Source of the DNA: Octopus sinensis
Lineage: Eukaryota
NCBI RefSeq assembly: GCF_006345805.1
Contig: NC_043018.1
Span: forward strand, 23,746,001 to 23,810,000
DNA: 64,000 bases
Direction: 5' to 3'
The notes under the pieces are model-generated. The model made no database searches and was not told the origin of the DNA. It saw only the letters and a list, made by a program, of their open reading frames with translations. The translations under genes and the position numbers were made by a program. The stretch's first letter is position 1. Every line of letters starts with the position of its first letter. Below, one piece after another: positions 28,605 to 40,410 of this stretch.

Positions 28605-30296
28605 ATGCATGCTCTATAATTCCAAAAAACTATTAAACTTAAAGAAATAACCGATCAGTTAAATGCTTTGTGTGTGTGCATGTGTGTGTGATTCTTAATT
28701 GTTAAAAAATAGTTGGCAAATATTTTAATCAAAAAATATATATATCAGGAAAAAAAAAATCAAATGAATTAGCAATTGTATATCATTTGCCATTCTAAAA
28801 TGGTATTTTGATGCAGCAAAGGTTTCACACACACACACACATATATATAACAAAAGAAAATAGTAAGTAGGTTAAAAAAAAAAACATTACATATTCATTT
28901 CACAAATTTAAAAGACAATACAGTAATAAGGTGTGACCATTTATTTATTATTAAATATTTGTATAATGTGTGATCAACTACCTGCACTGGTAGAAATGGA
29001 AGACTGGAATTGAGTTTCAGAATATTTTGTAATCATATCTTGGGAATAACTGAGAAAATAAAATTATTTTACGAGCTAAATCAGATACAAATCTTCTTCT
29101 GAGGCTGTGAAGGACACAGACACACACAATTACACACATATGTTCTGTATTGCAGTCACTCAATAGATTTACAAACAATTAGGCTCAACTAAAGAGAAAT
29201 TTTAATTGCAACAAGAGTACAATAAATTTCTTAATACTTTTATAGGGAGAAAACTATTGTTAATCTGTAAATACAGTTTCAGTCAAAATAATTTTGCTTT
29301 TAAAATTAGTTTGTTCAAGAAGCTGTAAAAAGTCAATAAAATTTTATTCAAGCTCAACAAAAAAAAAAAATGCTGATTTTTTTTTTTTTTAAGGTGACAA
29401 AATATTTACAGAACAGTGTTGATTGAAGTAACATTTTGTTTTAAACATTTTCAGTGATTATTATTATTATTATTATTATTATTTCTTGCTTCTTCTTACC
29501 ACTATAACATGGGTAGATAGTTTAGCATGAATTGTGGGGTAGGTGTTTTTATTTGATTCACCTTTCATTTACTCAAATGCAGTTGTTCGCTGCTACATTA
29601 TTGCCCTATATGAATTACAGCAGAGACCTCCCATATAAAAGAGAGAGCGGATAAGGAAGATCTGTTGCTTTCCCAAGAATGCTAAAGAAGCAAAAGCCGA
29701 TTTATTCCTTCTTCCTGTTCAACAATAACTAGTAAAGTGTGCTTGTCTTGCATCTGCCATTCTTCATTTACCATTTATAATTGTTAAAGACTGTAAAAGA
29801 CATTAACAACTATAAAGCCTTGTGGAATTAAGATAAATTTACTTTATTACTTTTCCTCCACACAGTCAGCAATATACCATTACCAGACTATCCCCAGATT
29901 ATTGTGAGACAGCTAAAGACAATTCTGACCGGTTGTACACTTGACCACTTTGTTACAATATTTTAATATCTGTTGCTTTCTTCCACTTCCTCATTATCCC
30001 TTGCTTTCAGAGATAAACGTCTCCAATTTATGAACTTCAGTCCTCACTAGAAATCAACATCGGTCTTCAAACCATCCCCCCCCCCCACCTAAATAACCAT
30101 GAACAGGTGTGCACAATGGAATATCTCGACATCTCAATCTTGTAATTAAATATTCTAATAGAGCTCCTGATTAATTTCATTTGTCTCTTCTTTCATCTGA
30201 CTGACACTCTTCTTTTATTATGTATATTCACAATAGCCATCTTGAAGTATTATAGAATTCACAATGCATAATTGCCCATATCAGTCCATCTGTCTG

Positions 30297-30335
<39 letters not shown>

Positions 30336-32893
30336 TGCATGCAGAATCCAATCCTTATACACCTTCTCCTAATCCAATGTTTTAATGGACATTTTCTACA
30401 GGTCATGGATTGGATAAAATTGCCCCATCCCCCACCCCACCTAAAACCTATTACCACTAGCCTCTGTTTCCCATCAACTTATTAATTTATCAGTGAACAA
30501 ATTGTGGACAGAGACCATATCTGCAATAATTGAGTGGTTAAGAAGTTCCTTTTGCAGTCATGAAGTTTCCAGTTGAATCCAAGCATGACACATCTTTTGA
30601 ATGAACCCAAATTTTGTGAGTGAAATTGAGATGGAAATTTCGTAAAAGCCCTTTGGGTGGAGTTAACTTCTAACATGCCACATTGTGTCATGATGATTCA
30701 ACCCAAGAGTTTTCATAAGGATACAGGTGTCTGTGGAATACTCAACCACTTACACATTAATGAGTGGGATTAAAACAACTGAATGCTCCTCATCAAAACC
30801 AAGAGAAGACAGATCCATTAAATTGTCCATTGGATACATAGTGAGCTCTCTCTCTCTCTCTCTCTCTCTTTCCATATATATATATTCTTTTATTTGTTTC
30901 AGTCATTTGACTTCGGCCATGCTGGAGCACTGCCTTTAGTCAAACAAACCAACCCCAGGACTTATTCTTTGTAAGGCTAGTACTTATTCTATCGCTCTCT
31001 TTTACATATATGTATATAAGTAATGCCTAGGGTACAGATGCATTCATTAAGATGACACACTTTATACTATTTCAATGCCTCAAGTCTCAAACCAAACAAG
31101 GAGCTAAATAGCAGTAATATATTGGGGTCCAGTTGGATCTCTTTATTCCATTTCCACCTTCTCAGAAGCCATTTCTACAATTCTCAGTTGAAATGGTTTG
31201 ACACAGAGTTAATGTTCCAAGAAAAGACATACTAGATACACCATCAAGTACTACTCTCCTGAAATGACTAAAGCCCCATTGATGTTGAAATCAAAGAGAT
31301 TGTTATGTATGCATTTCATTCATTCCTAATTAATCTATTCAGCATCTCAGCTTCTCTCTCCATCACCTTATTTCTGCTTCTGTTTATGGTTGAAATAAAG
31401 GTGGGAGGAGATGTGCAAGTTTGCCTTAATAAAAGTGTCCACTGCAGACATTACTCAGAGAAATTATGAGGAAAGAAATAAAATAATTTAACAGTATCTC
31501 CAGGATGGGGTACTGGTTAATGCTTTGCCCTTGATGTTTCTCATCAAGTAATTTATACCTCATGATGATGTAGATGTGATTGTTTAAGATAACTCAGTAA
31601 CACATGTACTAGATGGTTGTAGACCATTTCCACAGTTAACTGACAGATTCTTACTACTATGAATCACTCAGCTGTGTAGTTAGCGAACCGTTTGTCCCCT
31701 AACTACCAAGGCGCACTCATCTGTGAAAACAGAGGACTGTTGGATACAACGGTAGATCACTCAATGCGAAGTAGCAGTTTGTTTGGCTCTGTCTGCTGTG
31801 GTACACCTAATTGTGAAATAGGAGACTGCTTGATCCCCTACATCCATTTGTGAAATAGGTTATTTGACCCTTATTGAAGAACATCCAGACAAATAAGTGT
31901 ATGACGTGACTTGATCAGTGACACAACACCATGGCTGGGGTAATTGTAGCAATAAAATTTAATAGTCCGCTATCATAACTCCATAACCATTGTGTGTTTC
32001 AGTGTTGGTCTTATTAATTTACAACTGTTAATTATCTGAATTTAACAATTTTTCTGTCTGTCTTCCTCTTTTTTTTAATTTTTTTTTTGGGGGGGGGGGG
32101 GTTGGTTCTGTGAGAAACATTAGAAAGAACAGGGAGGAATTTAAGCAAGGATAGTTTTTCAGTGTCTGTTTAACAAGTTCTTTCTGTCACAAAGAACAGT
32201 GTATGAGGTTCTAAAAACCAACAATCTTAAGTTAGTTTGTAGTTACATGTATTTAGTTGAACATCATTAAGTTTAATAATTAGTAAGAGGAGGAAGAGAG
32301 GAGGGAAAAAAAAAGCAAAAAAATATTCTGTTAATTTGTTAATGAGTTGTTTAAGGTTGTGAAACACTGGGTAAAGTGGAATTGGTAACTGGGATAACAA
32401 ACAGGGTCAAGTTAGTAAAGTTAGTGTACTTGAAACACAGAAAGTACCCAGACTGATGCAGTTATATAGAGCAAGTACATATGTATGTACATGTGGTGTT
32501 TTATGTGAGAGAGAGAGAGTGTGTTTGCTTGTGTGTGAGGGAGAGAGAGCAAGCATAAGAAAGGAAGAAACAGATAGCAAGCAGGAGGACAAGGGAAAAA
32601 TTTAAAAAAAAAAACAGCATTTAGATAAAAGATTTATCATTATATATTTCTTCCATTTTTTTGTTTTGTTTTGTTTTGTTTTGCTTTTCACAAACCAAAC
32701 ATTAACAAAAAAAAATTAAAACAAAAACAAAAAAAAAATAATAATAATAATGTTCCGTCAGCAAACAACGTCAGTATTTCAAAGTTTCCAAATACTTCTT
32801 TTTTTCTTTGTTTTTTTTTTTTTCCCTCTTCCTCCCCCGAGTGAAAAACATTGTAGAAGAGGGGAGTTAGTTTAGCAGTAGAGTTGAGGTTTT

Positions 32894-33126
32894 TTACCGA
32901 TCATGGCAATAACAGAGTTCATGGTTACACCGAGAGTGGGGGATATATGTAGTATTGTTTACTCTACCTTTGGAATTACGAGGGAACTCGCACTCCTCAC
33001 ACTTCTCCAAAGCCGGGTGGTTGAGAAATGTGCAGGCAGCACAGTTCCAGTGTTCTCCTTCAAAGTCATTCATTGGTAGTGACGGAGGTGTTTCAGGGTG
33101 GCGTGGTGGTAGAGGAGGGGGGGTCA
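32894..33126 (-). CDS. TAB2: TAB2/TAB3-like NZF (RanBP2-type zinc finger) exon, to the read-through stop
   Basis: Acceptor ttttccattgcag| at 33126 (phase 1). Encodes (L)[76 protein letters not shown]. [24 protein letters not shown] (33049-32978) is the diagnostic TAB2/3 NZF. The 3' boundary could instead be an internal donor after 32968. Confidence 0.93.
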
Positions 33127-33911
33127 CTGCAATGGAAAATAGATAATGTATATATATATATATGTGACAATACACACAAACACATGCATACATTAAGATA
33201 TAAATACACACAGATGTGCACATCTATACATACGTATATATAGATATATATATACACATACATGTGTATATCTATACATACATATATACACATTTATTCA
33301 TGCACATGTGCAATCTGCAATGGACAAGGAATAGTAAATGTATGCAACATATATGAATATATATATACACACACACGCACATACATATATAAACCTTCAC
33401 ATATATCCCCATATATACATATACGTACAGGCTGTGATCACAGAATGATAAGAATGGTAAGAAACTCTAAATCAATATGCAATGGCAAAATAGGACACAA
33501 GTGACCTCCCGACTATGTAATCACATAGCCTGCTCGACACAGTAGCCAATTCCCTTGCAAACGCTTTTGTGGCTAAATCTTATGAAATAATCTTTAATCT
33601 TAATGACTTGTAGTGATGCGGTATTTCGTTATGCAACCATAATACACTATGAAGTATATTAAATGATTTTTTTTTATAAATCAATACCATGTTCTACTGT
33701 GTTAGCAGTGCACATTACATCGCTGAGATATCGGTATAGGTAACCATAGCAAAATCTTTTATCTATCTTTTACTTATTTCAGCAAATGGACTGCAACCAT
33801 GTTGTGGCAGTGCTCTGAAGGGTATCAATCAAGCTAACTGACCCCAGTACTAATTTTTAAAAAATCTAGTTCTTATTCTATTGAAACATAATGCTAAGTT
33901 AAAGCACTTAC

Positions 33912-34001
33912 ATTCGCGAGCAAATAAGGATCCGCTCTGACCAGTGTTCATATTCTTATAAAAGTTCTGTTGTTCTGAAGGATCAAGTACTCCGATGGGT
34001 G
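33912..34001 (-). CDS. TAB2: TAB2/TAB3-like exon (90 nt)
   Basis: Acceptor tttcttttaacag|, donor AAT|gtaagt; phase 1 to phase 1. Encodes (T)PIGVLDPSEQQNFYKNMNTGQSGSLFARE(L); NFYxN is a TAB2/3 motif. Contained in ORF 33850..34035. Confidence 0.92.
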
Positions 34002-34067
34002 CTGTTAAAAGAAACAGAGTGTGAGTGTTAATCACATCAGGAGTATTTCGAAAGTTACATAGATATT

Positions 34068-34380
34068 TACAAAGTAAGAAAACAGCACAGCTCCCATGAC
34101 TTCAGGAAACATTTTTTCACGCTGAGAGTTGCTGAAGCATGGAACAAACTGCCGGCATCGGTTGTTAGTTGTCGGAGCACTGCATCCTTCAAAACTTCCA
34201 TGCTTCCTGAGATTTGCCAACACTACACCTAATTTTCTCCCCTCCATACACACACAAGCATGTATCTGACTCATACACTGTTCACTTTCCAGACTGCATG
34301 TACTTTATATGCACTTTCTGACAAGTTGTGGTGCACCTGAGCACTGTATACAATAATTTCATTATATTATATTATATTAT
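34068..34380 (+). mobile_element. CR1-like LINE 3' end
   Basis: Open frame YKVRKQHSSHDFRKHFFTLRVAEAWNKLPASVVSCRSTASFK..* (FF..RV...WN.LP motif), then 3'UTR and (ATTAT)n tail. The 3' tip recurs at ~16330-16380 and ~27698-27725. Confidence 0.8.
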
Positions 34381-34824
34381 ATGCACAAGCAACTATAATA
34401 GGTAATAACTATACCAAAACTGTAACTAAACAATCAGTCAATTGTTAATTAGATAAGTTGTTTACTACAATCAATGTAATTGCCAAGTTTATATTTGAGA
34501 TCAATACATTTGCCATATGGAGCATCTTAACAGAAGAAACAGCCACAGAATTCAAAATGTATCTGACCATCATAATTCCTTGGCATTAAAGAACAGATAA
34601 AGAAATAAACATGCATACACACAACCACATCATCATAATCATCATTATTCTAATGTCCTCGTTTCCATACTTTTGCATGGCTCAAATGGAGTTTATTGAG
34701 GTAGATTTTCTATGGTCAGATCTCCTTCCTGTCAGCAACTCCCACCCGTTTCCAAAAGCAAGGTAATATTTTCCCATGGTCAAACACGGTTCTGTAGAAT
34801 ATTCAAAATGAATATTGCAAACGA

Positions 34825-35225
34825 ACGAGAACAACTGTGTAAAGAAGTGCTGATCTCTAACTGCGGAGGGAAACTGTGGAACAGGTAGACACAGGAAGAA
34901 TTGGGATGAGGTGCTGAAGCAGGATCTTCAAACGTTGGGCCTCACAGAGGAAATGACAAGTGACCGAGACCCTCAGTGATATGCCATGCTTGAGAAGACC
35001 CATGAAGCCAAGTGTAATCGTAATCATGACCGATGCCACTGTCACGTAACTGGCACATAAAATGCACCCAGTACACTCTTGGAGTGGTTGGCATTAGGAA
35101 AGGCATCCAGGTGTAGAAACCATGTCAAATCAGATTGGAACCTGGTGCAGCCCTCCCTCCAGCTTACCTGTTTCAGTCAAGCCGTCTAACCCATGCCAGC
35201 ATGGAAAGCAGATAACAATGATGAA
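34825..35225 (+). mobile_element. RTE-clade LINE 3' fragment
   Basis: Aligns with 61090-61320 (gggcctcacagagg..gagaagaccc..aagccaagtg) and continues into the shared 3'UTR and GAT tail. Confidence 0.75.
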
Positions 35226-35702
35226 TGATACTGCTTGTATCACAACAACACTAACAACTATTATATGATGTCAAGATAAGAAAGCCCAGGCACACACACA
35301 CACACATACATATATATATACATACATACATACATACATACATACATGTGAACAATGAGAAAAAATGGACAACAGGACAAGAAAGCACAGAGAAATGACC
35401 CTTCATCAGTTGTTGGCAGTCTGTCTCCTCCTCATTTCAAGCATTCAATGACAAGATAAGCCTTCAAAGACAGTTTCTCCCATAAATTCTAAAATAAAAT
35501 TTAGGATTTATGGAGGGTCAAAGTTGGGAAAAAAAACACGAGTGGAGACATACAAGGAGAATGAACAAAAACAAACATCGAGGGTCGTTAGACCAGAATG
35601 AGAGGAAAATAGTGAAAGCTAGGAGAAACATTTCTTTGAAAAAAAAAAAAAAGGTAGAAGAGAAAGAGAAAAAAAAACATGTCTGCACTTTTTATGTATG
35701 TA

Positions 35703-35745
<43 letters not shown>

Positions 35746-36423
35746 AATGGGCTTCTTCCAGTTTCCATCTACCAAATCTATTCACAAGGCTTTGGTTGAC
35801 CTGCTGAGGCTATAGTAGAAGCTGCTCAAGGTGCCATACAGTGGGCCTGAACCCAAGACCACAACCTTGGGAAGCAAGCTTCTCAACCACATCATTATGT
35901 GCCTTAAAACATCTCAAGAAGTTGTCATAAACATTCATGAACTGCATATGATAAGAAATTAATCTCTTCAGGAAGCTGAACTTCAGAAATATTTATCTAT
36001 GTAACGTCTGACGACAGAATTCAGACTACAAGTTTGATTATACAACGCTTCTCTGTAAACAATATTTCCAGTTAATCCTATGTTATTATTTATACCACAG
36101 GACAATCAACACACATACACACTTTGCTATAACCAGTTAGAAACAGGATGTATAACCTGACGTACGTACACACAGCTTTCACTGTTATTTTGAAATATTT
36201 GTGGTATATTTCAAGGTTGTTCTCGCATTCAGTTGTCCACAAAAGAAGCAGTATATAATAGATCGGTTTTGATGTTTCTCAATAAATATGACAAAAATCA
36301 GGCCTGGTAGGATATATTTGTCTTCAGAAATGATAGAGAATGAGGACATTTCCCTACTCCCTACTGGTGACATGTAAAAGCACCCACTTCACTCTTGGAG
36401 TAGTTGGCATTAGGAACCATGTC

Positions 36424-36631
36424 TCTTTTACTCTTTTACTTGTTTCAGTCATTTGACTGCGGCCATGCTGGATCACCACCTTTAGTCGAGCAAATCGACC
36501 CCGGGACTTATTCTTTGTAAGCCCAGTACTTATTCTATCGGTCTCTTTTGACGAACCGCTAAGTGACGGGGACGTAAACACACCAGCATCGGTTGTCAAG
36601 CAATGCTAGGGGACAAACACAGACACACAAC

Positions 36632-36677
<46 letters not shown>

Positions 36678-36849
36678 CATATATACGACAGGCTTCTTTC
36701 AGTTTCCGTCTACCAAATCCACTCACAAGGCATTGGTCGGCCCGGGGCTATAGCAGAAGACACTTGCCCAAGATGCCACGCAGTGGGACTGAACCCGGAA
36801 CCATGTGGTTGGTTAGCAAGCTACTTACCACACAGCCACTCCTGCGCCT
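36424..36849 (-). mobile_element. tRNA-derived SINE family A (internal TA/TG microsatellite, GTAAAAGA tail), full length
   Basis: Head aggcgcaggagtggctgtgtggtaag..gggttcagtccc has A/B-box-like motifs. Many near-identical copies in the window. Confidence 0.9.
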
Positions 36850-37062
36850 ATGTCGATGTGTATAAATCATTGAAACATGGCTTACAAGTGCTTTGAGTGA
36901 AACGTATCTTCTGGTTTTTATTTAATTTGAGTTGCATAGAAACCCCCTTATTACTCTAGCCCAGTGGTTCTCAACCAGGATCCATATGGCCCTTAGTGGG
37001 GGGAGCCCATATAAAATTCTGATGTCAAAAAATTTATTTGCAATGAATTAGTAATATCTCTA

Positions 37063-37502
37063 TAGTTGTATACTGTCAACTTAATGTGACAGTCCCATGA
37101 AAGGAATAATACTACTGCTATTTAGCCCTAGGAAGCGGCAACGCTTCCTGTTGGCTTTGACGCAGTTCCTGTGTCCTTATGTTTGCAACGCGGAGATAAG
37201 CATCTCCACCCAGCTAAGCCTGCATCCAGAGACTAGTTTCTGAGTCTTGCTCATCATCAGTCTGGAGTAGCATGGCCTGCTAGTTGGAGATGCCTGTCTA
37301 GCCTTTGAAAATATATAAGATTTCTAGTGAAATACATTCACTGATTACGAAAACAGAAATAATCCTAGGGTAAATAGCAGTAGTATGATTCTCTTCATGG
37401 GACTGTCACATTAAGTTGACAGTATACAACTACTTTATTGTACCGTTACTGCATAAATCTCTCTGAGATATTTAGAAATGTATTATTTCTATTTTCATAA
37501 TC
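37063..37502. mobile_element. Penelope-like-element-derived fold-back insertion carrying the hammerhead
   Basis: About 70-bp inverted repeat (37063-37133 vs 37363-37432) and a second inverted pair (37341-37363 vs 37482-37504). Flanked by a near-duplicated 13-mer agtaatatctcta (37050-37062) / agtaatatttcta (37503-37515). Inverted terminal segments plus a minimal hammerhead are typical of PLEs; no coding sequence is present. Confidence 0.6.
37200..37293 (-). ncRNA. Minimal type I hammerhead ribozyme (Penelope-like-element type)
   Basis: Minus strand 37266->37225 reads UCCAGA-CUGAUGA-UGAG caaga CUCA-GAAA-CUAG-UC^-UCUGGA: 6-bp stem I, intact CUGANGA and GAAA core, 4-bp stem II, palindromic minimal stem III (ACUAGU) and a GUC cleavage triplet. 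Stem I extends through bulges to the pair 37200-37214 / 37279-37293 (13/15 complementary). Confidence 0.8.
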
Positions 37503-37700
37503 AGTAATATTTCTACAATACACAAAGTATTTTAAAACTTTCTGTTTATACAAGTCCTAATATTTAATTGTCAAAATATACGATTTTTTAAACATCGAAT
37601 GGTTAGGAGGGTCCATCTGAGTAAAATGGGAATCAAAAGGGTACACAGAAATGGTTGAGAAACACTACTGTAGCCATTGAGAACCCTATAAAACTATGTG

Positions 37701-37765
<65 letters not shown>

Positions 37766-37767
<2 letters not shown>

Positions 37768-38672
37768 GAATAAGAATAGGCTGGGCAAAGTTCAGAGAGC
37801 TCCTATCTCTGCTGGTAACAAAGAGCCTCTCTCTCAGAGTGAAAGGCAGATTGTATGATATGTGTGAACAGCCATGCTACATGGCAGTGAAATATAGGCT
37901 GTGGCTCAAGGACATGCATAGGCTTGTAAGAAATGAAGCTTATATGCTCAGCTCTGCTGGATGTGTAATGTCAGTGTGCATGCATGACAGTGTAAGTGCC
38001 CTGAGAGACGACTGCGCTGGTATGGTCATGTGATGTGTATGGACGAGGAACAGCTGTGTGAAGAAGTGTTGCACTTTAATGGTGGAAGGAACCCAAGACA
38101 TGGGACGAGGTGTTGAAGCATTATCTTTGAATGTTGGGCCTATTATAGGCAATAATAAATGGCCGAGACCTTTGGCAATATGTCGGGCTTGAGAAGACCC
38201 ATCAAGTCAAGTGAGATCATAGTCATGACCACTGCCAGTGACGCATAACTGGCACGTAAAAAGCACCCTTTAAATGCCAGACGATATGCTGTGCCTGAGA
38301 AGACTTGTCAAGCCAAGTGAAATCATAGTCGCGGCCAATGCCAGTGGCATGTAAAAAGCACCGTTTGAGCATTGGACCTCATGGAGGCAATGACAAGTGA
38401 CCAAGACCTTTGGCGATATACTGTGCTTGTGCAGACCTGTCATTGATGTGACCATGGTCATGGCCGATGCCGGTGTCACATCAATGGCACCTGTGCCATG
38501 GCAGGTTAAAGGCATCCACTACACTCTTGGAGTGGTTGGCATTAGGAGGGGCTTCCAGCCATAGAAACCTTGCCAAATCATATTGGAACCTGGTGCAGCT
38601 CCCTGGCTTACCAGTTTACAGTCAAAATATCCAACCCATGCCAGCTTGGAAAGTAGACGTTAAACAATGATG
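37766..38672 (+). mobile_element. 3' fragment of the same RTE-clade LINE including the 3'UTR and (GAT)n tail
   Basis: RIRIGWAKFRELLSLLVTKSLSLRVKGRLY, homologous to 60775-60870; ends ..gacgttaaacaatgatga. Confidence 0.85.
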
Positions 38673-39009
38673 ACGTGTCTCTTTTACACAGACACACACA
38701 TACAGAGAGACATAGAGAGATAGTTTCATTTTTATGAGATCGCTAAATTGCACAGTTTTGGGTTTGACAAAATTTTTTAATTTAAAGAAGAAGAAAAAAC
38801 AATAACAACACAATATTTCAGCATTATATAATAACCAATGTGAATGACTGTACACTCAGAGATAACTAAATGTCAGCTCTGTGAGTTCAACCAGTAAGTG
38901 AAGAACAGATAAAAACACACACACACGCATGCACACACACGTGCACACACGCGCACGCACGCACACACACACACAATTATATTTATATAAATTTAAAGAA
39001 ATGACCTAC

Positions 39010-39085
39010 TTTGTCCATTGTTGTGAGCGTCAAGTTCCTTCAGCATACCTCCTATTTCAGCTTGTATTTTATAAAAGTCAGCAGG
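39010..39085 (-). CDS. TAB2: TAB2/TAB3-like exon (76 nt), end of the TAK1-binding coiled coil
   Basis: Acceptor ttttgtatttaccag|, donor CAAA|gtaggt; phase 0 to phase 1. Encodes PADFYKIQAEIGGMLKELDAHNNGQ(T), resembling TAB2 'LQIDIDCLTKEIDL'. Confidence 0.88.
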
Positions 39086-39573
39086 CTGGTAAATACAAAA
39101 GTTGTGAGAAACTAGATTAAATTTTCACATATTTGCAAGTTTATATCAAAGATTCTCAAAGCTGACTTTAGGCAACTAATGTTTCTCAGAAACTTGGTTT
39201 GGAAAAGTTCTTTCACATTCTGCTATAAGGTATTTATTTCACTATCACAAGAAATGTCAGCTTATTTTTTACTGTTTGGGGCACATAGAGGGCAAGAAAC
39301 TTAATAATGCATATTGTCCCTTATATAGAGATATAAACAAAATAAAATGTACTTAATACATGTAGTAAAGTTCATTCTGTGTGAGTGAGTGTGTGTGTGT
39401 GTGTGTGTGTGTATGCTGGTATGGGTATGTGGTTAAGAGGCTCACTTTCCAACCATGGAGTTTCAGTTCAGTCCCACACCACAGCACCTTGCACAATTGC
39501 CTTGTACTATAAACCCAGGATGACTAACGCCTTGCAAGCAAATTTGATAAATGGAAACTGTGTGGAAGTCTGT

Positions 39574-39605
<32 letters not shown>

Positions 39606-40274
39606 CGTTTGTCCCCATCTCACTGCTTGACAAGCAGTGTTGGTTTCTCATCATCATCATCATCACCATTTAGCGTCCGCTTTCCATGCTAGCATGGGTT
39701 GGACGGTTCAACTGGGGTCTGTGAAGCCAGAAGGCTGCATCAGGCCCAGTCTGATCTGGCAGTGTTTCTACGGCTGGATGCCCTTCCTAACGCCAACCAC
39801 TCCGTGAGTGTAGTGGGTGCCTTTTAGGTGCCAGACAGAGCTGGCAAACGGCCACGAATGGATGGTGCTTTTACGTGCCACTGGCACGGGGGCCAGGCGA
39901 GGCTGGCAACGGACACAAGCGGATGGTACTGTAGTTAGTAATTCAGCAAGAGAGACCCATATAATAAGTACCAGACTTAAATAAAATAAGGGGGCTGATT
40001 TGTTCAAAATATATATACATACATACACACACATCATTTTGTTCAAGAGATTTGAAATTTAAACAAACCAGAATTCTCTGATATAGATGATATTTATCTA
40101 TTATATATATAATTACAAACAGACAGATATAGCTCGATTTAAGTCGGTTTTCAAAAATAATATATGGAAAAATAAAAATCAAGTTATATCATTCTACTTG
40201 ACTTTACATCTGTCCACCACAAATATTGGAATTGTAAAATCACTAGAAATCCATTAAAAGCACATAAAATCAAT

Positions 40275-40410
40275 TCATGAATGATTTTAAGGGGTTTGAT
40301 AATGTTGCCATCAACAAAATGTTAGTGACTACGAGCGAAGAACTAGAAATGGATTTGGAGGAGGAGGAGGATTTCACAGACAAACGAGGATTTGATAGAC
40401 CTTCACAAGA
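40275..40410 (+). mobile_element. Possible Tigger/pogo transposase C-terminal remnant
   Basis: Reads NDFKGFDNVAINKMLVTTSEELEMDLEEEEDFT, then in another frame TNEDLIDL. Confidence 0.4.

Larger units (their letters stand above)
36962..37667. mobile_element. hAT (Charlie-like) MITE interrupted by the PLE-like insertion
   Basis: TIRs cagtggttctcaacc / ggttgagaaacacta; 8-bp TSD ctctagcc / ctgtagcc. Confidence 0.75.

Noticed and set aside
33127-33223. N-terminal part of ORF 32894..33223
   Set aside because: Microsatellite-like intron sequence upstream of the splice acceptor at 33126.
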